Positions 8,997 to 16,076 of a stretch of 32,000 nucleotides of DNA are shown one piece after another. The DNA comes from an uncultured archaeon (GTDB taxonomy: Archaea; Iainarchaeota; Iainarchaeia; Iainarchaeales; JAAZKV01): assembly GCA_964551375.1 (NCBI GenBank), contig CAZKBG010000001.1:660001-692000 (forward strand), read 5' to 3'. Position numbers and translations under genes: made by a program. The notes beneath the pieces were generated by a model. That model ran no database searches. It saw only the letters and a program-made list of their open reading frames with translations, and had not been told where the DNA came from. Positions within the stretch are counted from its first letter, which is position 1; each line of letters begins with the position of its first letter.

Positions 8997-9338
8997 ATGG
9001 AACTAGCACAATATATAATAGTAAACAACTCACTTGGAATGAACAAAGGAAAAATTGCGGCGCAGGCAAGCCACGCAAGCGTGTCAGTGCTTGACAAAGT
9101 CGAGGAATCAGTAATTAGCGAATGGAAAGAAAGCGGAATGAAAAAAATTGTCCTAAAAGCGCAAAACACTGAAGAGCTGCTTGCTCTTTTTGAAAAAGCA
9201 AAAAAAAGATTCCCGTGCGCTCTAATAACAGACGCTGGAAAAACTCAAATAGCCCCCGGAAGCAAAACAGCATTCGCATGCGGACCAATAGAAGAGGGGG
9301 AAGGACAGAAAATATTTGGAGAATTAAAGCTCCTTTAA
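8997..9338 (+). CDS. pth2: Peptidyl-tRNA hydrolase, archaeal/eukaryotic type (Pth2)
   Basis: MNKGKIAAQASHASV, PCALITDAGKTQIAPGSKTAFACGPIEE signature; start could also be ATG 8988. Confidence 0.93.
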   Translation: MELAQYIIVNNSLGMNKGKIAAQASHASVSVLDKVEESVISEWKESGMKKIVLKAQNTEELLALFEKAKKRFPCALITDAGKTQIAPGSKTAFACGPIEEGEGQKIFGELKLL

Positions 9339-9411
9339 ACAAAAGTCAATTAAAAATACTCAACTAAAAAATAAAACAGCAAAACAGCTATAAAAAATTA
9401 AAAGAAAGTGA

Positions 9412-10194
9412 ATGAAAATGGTAAAAGGATTCATGCAGCACATATCAAGCCTTATTCGGCAGTCAAACCTTGTAATAGAAATAGTTGACGCAAGATACAT
9501 TGACAGAACCCGAAATTACGGACTTGAAAAAGCAGTGCTTGAACAGGGAAAACAGCTTTTAATTGTCATGAACAAAGCAGACCTTGTTGATGATAAAAAA
9601 ATTCTTGAAGCAAGAAAGGAAGAACTTGCAAAAGAAGGAAGAGGAAAAGTTTTGTTTGTTTCCGCGCTTGAAAAAGACGGAATGAATTTAATCCGAAGAG
9701 AAATAGGAATAGGAAGCCAGAAAAGAAACGAACCCATTACAATTGGAATTATAGGATACCCTAATGTCGGAAAAAGCACGCTGATTAACTCGCTCGCGGG
9801 AAAAGGAAGAGGAAGAGTGCCTACTTCAAGAAAAGCGGGACTCACAAGAGGAATAACAAGAGTAAAAATCACTGATGATATTTACCTAATTGACTCCCCT
9901 GGAATTATCCCGTTCGGAGACGAAGAATTTGACTTATTCTTAGTTGAGTCAAAAAACGCAAACCAGCTCAAGGAGCCGGAGACGGTTGCTGTGAAGCTGA
10001 TACAAACCCTTGGAAAAGAAAAAATAGGAAAATTCTACGGAATAAGCGATGAAATTATTTCTAAAAAAGATGAAGAAGAACTGCTTGAAGAAATTGCAAA
10101 AATTAAAAACATGCGCACAAAAGGCGGGGGCGGAGACGTTGGAAAAGCGGCCCGCGATGTGCTTGAAAGATACCAAAGACATGAAATAAGATAA
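9412..10194 (+). CDS. Circularly permuted GTPase, YlqF/YawG-like
   Basis: 260 aa; NKADLV (G4) precedes GYPNVGKSTLINSLAGKG (G1) and IDSPG (G3). Confidence 0.88.
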   Translation: MKMVKGFMQHISSLIRQSNLVIEIVDARYIDRTRNYGLEKAVLEQGKQLLIVMNKADLVDDKKILEARKEELAKEGRGKVLFVSALEKDGMNLIRREIGIGSQKRNEPITIGIIGYPNVGKSTLINSLAGKGRGRVPTSRKAGLTRGITRVKITDDIYLIDSPGIIPFGDEEFDLFLVESKNANQLKEPETVAVKLIQTLGKEKIGKFYGISDEIISKKDEEELLEEIAKIKNMRTKGGGGDVGKAARDVLERYQRHEIR

Positions 10195-10238
10195 AAGCGC
10201 ATTTTGAAATTAAATTAATTTTTAGCGAGGATGAAAAA

Positions 10239-10985
10239 TTGGTTTACATAAGCAAAAAAAACAAATCAAGAGTCGCGTTTGTCGGCGGAATCGGAGTGTA
10301 CTCAAAACCAATGGTTGTTCTTGCAACCGCCGCTGACGCGAAGAAAAGAGCAACGCTTGGGGGAAAAGTCTGGAAAAGACTTCGCGGAACAATGAAGCCA
10401 ATACAGGCCCAAACACTAAGAACTGCTATTGAAAGATATCAGGGCCTTCTAAATCACGCAGGAATAAAAACAATCCAAACAAAAGTAGTAATCACCCCAG
10501 TAAAAGGAGGATATGCAGCAAACTTAATCCAGCCTTTCTTAAAACCCGAAGAACTGCTTGAACACAGGCTTAGAAGATGCAATTCAGAAGACGCAGTTGC
10601 ATATTTTAAAAAAGTCGACAAAATGATTGAAAAAATAAAAGCCCTTAACAAAACTCTTGAATACCACAAAAGCACTATACGAATAGGACTTGACTTAAAG
10701 CCCGAAAACTTTGCAGTACAGCATAAAGAAGTAAAACTGCTTGATATGTTCCCCATAATGATTACCGAAAAAGGAAGGGCAATACACGACCGGCTCGGAA
10801 TTGAGCCGATAAGCAGATTGAGGCGAACCACCGCAACCTTCTTTGGAAACACCTATATTGGAGAGGGGAAGTTTATTGAAAGACACACCACTCCTTCGGC
10901 AATGAAGGCAAGACTTGTGAGAAAATTTGCAGCAGTAAGACCAGAACTTAGAAAAGAATTTGAAGAAGTGGCATACAGAATATAA
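10239..10985 (+). CDS. Protein-kinase-fold-like protein of unknown function (TTG start)
   Basis: 248 aa; IGLDLKPENFAVQHKEVKLLDMFPIMI resembles the kinase catalytic loop plus DFG-like region; GAGG 8 nt upstream of TTG. Confidence 0.65.
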   Translation: MVYISKKNKSRVAFVGGIGVYSKPMVVLATAADAKKRATLGGKVWKRLRGTMKPIQAQTLRTAIERYQGLLNHAGIKTIQTKVVITPVKGGYAANLIQPFLKPEELLEHRLRRCNSEDAVAYFKKVDKMIEKIKALNKTLEYHKSTIRIGLDLKPENFAVQHKEVKLLDMFPIMITEKGRAIHDRLGIEPISRLRRTTATFFGNTYIGEGKFIERHTTPSAMKARLVRKFAAVRPELRKEFEEVAYRI

Positions 10986-11008
10986 AATTTGATAGAAAAA
11001 GTAAAAAA

Positions 11009-11125
11009 CTAAAGATGCTTTAAGTGCTCAATTATCTGCTTTAGCGCAACCTTCTTTTTTATTGAGCTTTCCTTCTCTAGTCGAAGCTTAAGCTCGTGAA
11101 TTATATCATCATTTGTGAGTCTCAT
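11009..11125 (-). CDS. Putative 38-aa protein
   Basis: ATG 11125 to TAG 11009: MRLTNDDIIHELKLRLEKESSIKKKVALKQIIEHLKHL; GGGAGGG purine motif upstream; below the track's size cut-off. Confidence 0.4.
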   Translation of the reverse strand: MRLTNDDIIHELKLRLEKESSIKKKVALKQIIEHLKHL

Positions 11126-11178
11126 AAAAAAGACCCTCCCAGAAAGAGTTAAAAGATTTGCTGGAGTGCGATTTTTGC

Positions 11179-11976
11179 TCATTTCTCCGCAATTACCAAA
11201 ACTTCCTCGTCAAAAACAACGCCATTCTTTGAGCCTTTCATAAAGAGCGAAAGCGCCTGCGACTGAACATTTTGAGGAATAAGCCCAAAATCGCTAAGAG
11301 CAACAACTTCAAGCACGTCCCTGCCGTTTTTAGTAAACCCTGTTGAATCAAAAATACCTGAATAACTAATTTTCCAATTAAAAACGCTTGTCAAAAAACC
11401 ACTCTCTTCAAGATGAGAAATTACAGAATCAACTTCATTTCTTTTCTCGCTGCTTTCTGAGTCATTAACCTGCTTTATTTTTTTAAGAATAGAATCAGAA
11501 CTATTTGAAACAACAAATACTTTGCCCCCTTTGGAAAGAAGCGAAGAAATGCTTGAAATATACTTTTTATCCCTGAATGTATAAATGCTGTGAATCAAAA
11601 AAATCAAGTCAAACTTTTCCTGCGAAATAAAATCCTCAAACTTAGACGGGCGGAGCTTTATTTTTGACTTTTTGAAATCGCTTGAGAGAAGAAGCGCTCT
11701 TGCAAATGCCTTTGAAGGCTCAACAACTGTAGCTGAAACAATAAAACCCCTTTCTTTTAAAAGAGAAATAATTTTCTTCAGCCGAGCCGCATCCCCTCCG
11801 CCAATATCAAGAATATTCAACTGCTCTTTTTGAGGCAAAAAAGGAACAATCCTATCAAAAAGCTCTTTTACTAAATTATCATCTTTTCCGTAAAGGATTT
11901 CCTTAAAACGGGCATACTTTGCCGCGCCTACATCTGAAGAGAAAAAATCCAAATACTGCTGTTTAACATCCTGCAT
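11179..11976 (-). CDS. SAM-dependent methyltransferase
   Basis: 265 aa; LNILDIGGGDAARLKKI (motif I), VVEPS, FDLIFLIHSIY. Confidence 0.8.
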   Translation of the reverse strand: MQDVKQQYLDFFSSDVGAAKYARFKEILYGKDDNLVKELFDRIVPFLPQKEQLNILDIGGGDAARLKKIISLLKERGFIVSATVVEPSKAFARALLLSSDFKKSKIKLRPSKFEDFISQEKFDLIFLIHSIYTFRDKKYISSISSLLSKGGKVFVVSNSSDSILKKIKQVNDSESSEKRNEVDSVISHLEESGFLTSVFNWKISYSGIFDSTGFTKNGRDVLEVVALSDFGLIPQNVQSQALSLFMKGSKNGVVFDEEVLVIAEK

Positions 11977-12022
11977 AAATTAACTAACTCCAAAAATATT
12001 AAAAAAATACTCCGCTGCAGGA

Positions 12023-12415
12023 TTAAGGTGAAGAGGAAAGAATATCAAGAGTTGTTGAGCCCTTTTTTGCTTCCGCAAGAGAAATCATAAAATTTTTTCC
12101 CGCATTATGAAAGTGCTCAAATTTAACAAAAAGCCACCCTTCCCTTGGAATTTTCCAAGCAATAAAAAATTCGGCTCCAGCAACCTTCGCCCAATTTACT
12201 TCATCATTCATTGTCACAACAGGAATTGCCAAATGCTCGCCCTTCCACGCTTTGCACTCAAAAGCAAGAATCCTCCCTGATTTAATCGCAACAACATCAG
12301 GACTGGGAAGAGGCGAAACTCCGGAACCCGCGACTCTAAGAACCGCAAAACCCCTGTCAAAAAGAACTTTAATCAACTCGCGTTCCGCGTTTGCGCCTTT
12401 ATTATAATGAGCCAT
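12023..12415 (-). CDS. hjc: Archaeal Holliday junction resolvase Hjc
   Basis: 130 aa; KGANAERELIKVLFDRGFAVLRVAGSG, PDVVAIKSGRILAFECKAWK nuclease motifs. Confidence 0.93.
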   Translation of the reverse strand: MAHYNKGANAERELIKVLFDRGFAVLRVAGSGVSPLPSPDVVAIKSGRILAFECKAWKGEHLAIPVVTMNDEVNWAKVAGAEFFIAWKIPREGWLFVKFEHFHNAGKNFMISLAEAKKGSTTLDILSSSP

Positions 12416-12424
12416 TATTTCACC

Positions 12425-12607
12425 TTAAACGTAGCGTCCTCTGCCGGACTTATTATCCTTTTTTGACAAATCAATCATTGCATTATTCTTAGAATTTCTA
12501 TCTTTTGAAGTAATTTTCTTATCAGTTCCACATCTTTCCAAATTACGCGCATTGAGAAACTTTCTTCTAAGCTTTCTGGCTTCATTAAGCGAATTCTTTG
12601 TTTCCAT
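12425..12607 (-). CDS. Putative 60-aa basic protein upstream of hjc
   Basis: METKNSLNEARKLRRKFLNARNLERCGTDKKITSKDRNSKNNAMIDLSKKDNKSGRGRYV; TATA-like TTTTAAGT about 28 nt upstream of ATG 12607. Confidence 0.5.
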   Translation of the reverse strand: METKNSLNEARKLRRKFLNARNLERCGTDKKITSKDRNSKNNAMIDLSKKDNKSGRGRYV

Positions 12608-12643
12608 AAACAACACATATACATTTGAGTACTTAAAATCACC

Positions 12644-12677
12644 TAAAAAAAGAAAAGAAAGGGGAGGCAAGTCCCCC
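12644..12677 (-). terminator. Terminator-like hairpin plus T-rich tract
   Basis: On the minus strand GGGGACTTGCCTCCCC (5-bp stem, 6-nt loop) is followed by TTTCTTTTCTTTTTTT, just after the 54-aa ORF stop. Confidence 0.5.
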
Positions 12678-12687
12678 AAACTTTTAA

Positions 12688-12852
12688 TTACTTTAAAGCT
12701 CTGCCAACCTTTCGAACAGAAGAAAGCTCTACGTCCTTATCCTGCAAAAGGTTAACCTTGGCATTGTAAGCCCACTTCTTGAGCTTCTTACCAATCGGAT
12801 GCCTTGAGCCATCGCCGGGGTTTGTGGTCCCCTCATAAGCAAACTTACTCAT
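12688..12852 (-). CDS. Putative 54-aa protein
   Basis: MSKFAYEGTTNPGDGSRHPIGKKLKKWAYNAKVNLLQDKDVELSSVRKVGRALK; preceded by GGAGTGAGG and followed by a terminator-like hairpin; below the track's size cut-off. Confidence 0.55.
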   Translation of the reverse strand: MSKFAYEGTTNPGDGSRHPIGKKLKKWAYNAKVNLLQDKDVELSSVRKVGRALK

Positions 12853-13021
12853 ACACACTACCTCACTCCTTTTAGGCTACAATTAGGTTTAAATTCCCTT
12901 CATTTAACTCAATTCTAGGACAAAAGACCTTAATGGTTAAGGTAATGCCCTAAAAAGGCATTTTTGAACAAAAAGCTCCTTTTGAAAAAGGAAGGCTTTT
13001 TTGGAAAGGTTTGTGTTTTGA

Positions 13022-13291
13022 GTGGAAACAATAATCAAAGCAAAAATCAGCACAGGAAAACAAGAATTTACCGTAGCAATGGACAAGGACAATGATTTTT
13101 TAGTTGTTAATGCTACAAAGAGACCTGAAAACAACAAAGTGAATACTGAAATAGTCAAAGAACTAACAAAAAAACTGAAAGCTGATGTAGAAATTGTTTC
13201 CGGATTTAAGAACAGAGAAAAAGTACTTAAAATCAGTCTTGGAAGAGAAGAACTTCTAAGAAAATTGGATACACAAGCTAATTCTAAATAA
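13022..13291 (+). CDS. DUF167 (YggU-like) protein
   Basis: 89 aa, GTG start; FTVAMDKDNDFLVVNATKRPENNKVNTEIVKELTKKLKADVEIVSGFKNREKVLKI pattern. Confidence 0.75.
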   Translation: METIIKAKISTGKQEFTVAMDKDNDFLVVNATKRPENNKVNTEIVKELTKKLKADVEIVSGFKNREKVLKISLGREELLRKLDTQANSK

Positions 13292-13349
13292 CCAAGAAGG
13301 AAAAACAGACCAGAAGGTTTGTTGCTTTACAGAATTAAAAAATGGAGAA

Positions 13350-14786
13350 GTGAATAATATGGCAAAGACATACTTAAGCGCAGTAAAATACGAAGTGCTG
13401 GCTAATTATGAAGTACAAGGGGTTGTAGAAAAACCTGATATTGTGGGCGCAATATTTGGACAATGCGAAGGACTTTTAGGCGAAGACATGGACCTAAAAG
13501 AATTACAGCAAAGCGGTAAAATCGGAAGAATTGAAATTACTGTTAAAAAAGGAAAAGGAACAACAATGGGAGAAATAATTATCCCAAGCTCGCTTGACCA
13601 GGTAAAGACAAGCATTTTAGCAGCAACAATTGAAACTGTTGAAAAAGTTGGGCCGTTTGAAGCAAAAGTAAAAGTGCTGAAAATCGGAGACACAAGAAAA
13701 GAAAAAAGAGAAAGCATCACTGACAGAGCAAAAGAACTTCTAAAAACAATGCAGAAGTTTGAAGGCGCTGAAAGCAGCGAAATAGCTCAAAATATCAAAA
13801 CTGAAATACGAACAGAAAAAATCGTGAACTACAACGGACTGCAGGCAGGACCAGAAATTGATTCAAGCCCAGAAATCATTGTAGTGGAAGGAAGAGCTGA
13901 CGTATTAAAGCTTTTAAAATTCGGAATCAACAACGCAGTTGCAATGAACGGCGGAAATATAGACGCTCCTTTAATCGGACTATGCAAGCAAAAAGTAGTA
14001 ACACTACTAATTGACGGAGACAGAGGCGGAGAATTAAACGCTAAAAAACTTGCATCTCTGACAAAAGTAGACTTTGTTGCAAAAGCACCTGACGGAAAAG
14101 AAGTGGAGGAACTAGAGCAGAAAGAAATATTACAAGCTCTAAAGCGAAAAGTTCCATACGCTGAAGCATTCACAGGAAGAGAATCTGCACAAACTGAAGA
14201 CTCAAGGACCGGAGGATTCAGACCTGAGTTCAGACCAAGGCACGAAAGAAGCTTTGAAAGAAGAGACAACTTTAGAAACGACACTAGACCAATGAGAAAC
14301 GACAACAGAGGATTCGCGCCAAGAGGAAACTTTAGGCAGAGCTACCAAAGCAACGGATTCGCGCCAAGAAACGACAGAGGATTCCAAGGAAGAGACAACT
14401 TTAGAGGAAACTTCAATCCAAGCTTTGAAAGAAGAGGATTCCAAGGAAGAGACAACTTTTCAAACGGATTCGCGCCACAACCAGCAATGCAAAGACAAGA
14501 AGCAATCCCTGAAGCACTAAAAGCAATGCAGAAAGACTTTGAAAAACTGAAGGGAAAATCAAAGGCAAGACTGCTTGACGAGAAAAACAAAAAAATCAAG
14601 GATGTTGAAGTAAAAGACTTGCTTGAAACTCTTCAGAAGACAAAGAAAAAAGTAGGGACAATAATGTTTGATGGAATAATCACAAACAGACTTGTTGAAG
14701 CTGCTGAAGCTAAAGAAGTAGCGACAATAATCGGAGTAAAAAAAGGAAATGTGAATCCACAGAAAGTAAAAACGTACACAATGTAA
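13350..14786 (+). CDS. dnaG: Archaeal DnaG-like primase with enlarged RG-rich linker (start possibly 13359)
   Basis: Toprim IIVVEGRADVLKLLKFGINNAVAMNGG, LLIDGDRGGELNAKKL, C-terminal LLDEKNKKIKDVEVKDLLETL...VGTIMFDGIITNRLVEAAEAKEVATIIGVKKGNV. Confidence 0.95.
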   Translation: MNNMAKTYLSAVKYEVLANYEVQGVVEKPDIVGAIFGQCEGLLGEDMDLKELQQSGKIGRIEITVKKGKGTTMGEIIIPSSLDQVKTSILAATIETVEKVGPFEAKVKVLKIGDTRKEKRESITDRAKELLKTMQKFEGAESSEIAQNIKTEIRTEKIVNYNGLQAGPEIDSSPEIIVVEGRADVLKLLKFGINNAVAMNGGNIDAPLIGLCKQKVVTLLIDGDRGGELNAKKLASLTKVDFVAKAPDGKEVEELEQKEILQALKRKVPYAEAFTGRESAQTEDSRTGGFRPEFRPRHERSFERRDNFRNDTRPMRNDNRGFAPRGNFRQSYQSNGFAPRNDRGFQGRDNFRGNFNPSFERRGFQGRDNFSNGFAPQPAMQRQEAIPEALKAMQKDFEKLKGKSKARLLDEKNKKIKDVEVKDLLETLQKTKKKVGTIMFDGIITNRLVEAAEAKEVATIIGVKKGNVNPQKVKTYTM

Positions 14787-14810
14787 AATAAAAAAATTAA
14801 GAATTAAATA

Positions 14811-14833
14811 AGTGAAGGAAAAATTCCTTCACT
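14811..14833. terminator. Perfect 10-bp inverted repeat between convergent genes
   Basis: AGTGAAGGAA-AAA-TTCCTTCACT followed by TCTAAATTTTTT; lies 25 nt after the dnaG stop. Confidence 0.5.
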
Positions 14834-14911
14834 TCTAAATTTTTTCATTGCAAAACCTTTGTTTTGCGATGCCTTGCAAAAATCATTAAATTTTCGCCAG
14901 GTTAAAAAAAT

Positions 14912-15364
14912 TTATTTTCTCTTTAGAGATCTAACTGCATGCTCAACTTCTTCAATCGGAATTACTATTGCTTTATTGAAAAGCAAGAATAGTGCCAACA
15001 TGAATAGTGCGGCCCACAAGAAGAACCAAGCTATAGGCTCAACTAATGCTGTCGCTATCTGACGCGTAGTCATATTCTTCTGCATAGCAGGAATCTGAGC
15101 GCCAGTTAACTCATATAATGAAGATTTACAATCACTATAGCGCATCTGCGCAAGCAACTGGTCAGTTGCGGAGAGGTTCTCTAACTCCTTCACACCCGAA
15201 AATTCAACACACTTGTTGAAATCGCGCACAGACTGCCATGAATCAAACATCACTGCAGCGGATTTTACTAGCATAAGCACCGTAATTATCCCAATGAAGA
15301 CACCAGCTATCTGAGCCCATTGAAAATCTCGCGAGCCAAGCTTTACTAAAATTGTTTTGCGCAA
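14912..15364 (-). CDS. Uncharacterised membrane protein
   Basis: 150 aa; hydrophobic segments IAGVFIGIITVLMLVKSAAVM and WFFLWAALFMLALFLLFNKAIVI. Confidence 0.7.
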   Translation of the reverse strand: MRKTILVKLGSRDFQWAQIAGVFIGIITVLMLVKSAAVMFDSWQSVRDFNKCVEFSGVKELENLSATDQLLAQMRYSDCKSSLYELTGAQIPAMQKNMTTRQIATALVEPIAWFFLWAALFMLALFLLFNKAIVIPIEEVEHAVRSLKRK

Positions 15365-15427
15365 AACATCACCTATGAGTAGTAAGCGGAAAACTGCTAT
15401 ATAAACCTTTTTACCGCAAAATAAAGC

Positions 15428-15817
15428 ATGAACAAAACAATATTTGAAGAAGACACAACTGGCAAGGAATTTGATAAATTAAAACGCGTGTTTATGAAAA
15501 TATTCAAAGAAATACAAAAAAAAGAATTTATTTTTACAGAAGGGCTGCAAAAAAGAAAAAACTATTACATTGACATGAATTACAACGGAAAAGTAAAAAG
15601 CGTGATGATAATTGAAGATAAAAAAATTGAAGAATACAAAAACTGGTGGGCAAATAATAAAAACGCTGTGGGATTTAGCGTTCTGGCAACTAATTACGGC
15701 GAAGAAGAAGTAAGAATTGGATGCTTTGGGGCAAGCCACAACCTGCTACAAAAGACGCTTGCTAATTCCACGAAAAGAACGCTAAGCTATCGGCTTGCCA
15801 AAAGAAGCAGAAAGTAA
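15428..15817 (+). CDS. Uncharacterised protein
   Basis: 129 aa; TATATAAA at 15398..15405 is about 26 nt upstream of ATG (leaderless spacing). Confidence 0.65.
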   Translation: MNKTIFEEDTTGKEFDKLKRVFMKIFKEIQKKEFIFTEGLQKRKNYYIDMNYNGKVKSVMIIEDKKIEEYKNWWANNKNAVGFSVLATNYGEEEVRIGCFGASHNLLQKTLANSTKRTLSYRLAKRSRK

Positions 15818-15901
15818 GAATGCTCCAAAAACTGCTGGAAAAAAGAAGAAAATAGTGCTTTTTTAAACATTACTCAAACTAACTTAACTACAGAAGAAGT
15901 T

Positions 15902-15974
15902 GGGCCGGTGGTCTAGCGGTTATGACATCACCCTTACAAGGTGAGAGTCGTCGGTTCGAATCCGACTCGGCCCA
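15902..15974 (+). tRNA. tRNA-Val (anticodon TAC)
   Basis: Acceptor GGGCCGG/TCGGCCC, anticodon arm TCACC-CTTACAA-GGTGA, T arm GTCGG-TTCGAAT-CCGAC. Confidence 0.95.
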
Positions 15975-16076
15975 CTTGATTTTTTGAAAACAAAATAAAT
16001 CTATTTTAAAACAAGCCAAAGGCAAGCCGGAAGCAATCGAGTAAGAATTATAAATCAATAAAACCTATTTCTAAAC

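Noticed and set aside
10231-10251. ATG at 10231 as the start of the kinase-like gene
   Set aside because: It is out of frame (MKNWFT*); TTG at 10239 after GAGG is the more plausible start.
13406-14599. Several Ser/Phe-rich minus-strand ORFs (104, 158, 80, 85 aa) opposite dnaG
   Set aside because: They overlap the conserved dnaG domains and look like antisense artefacts of purine-rich codons.
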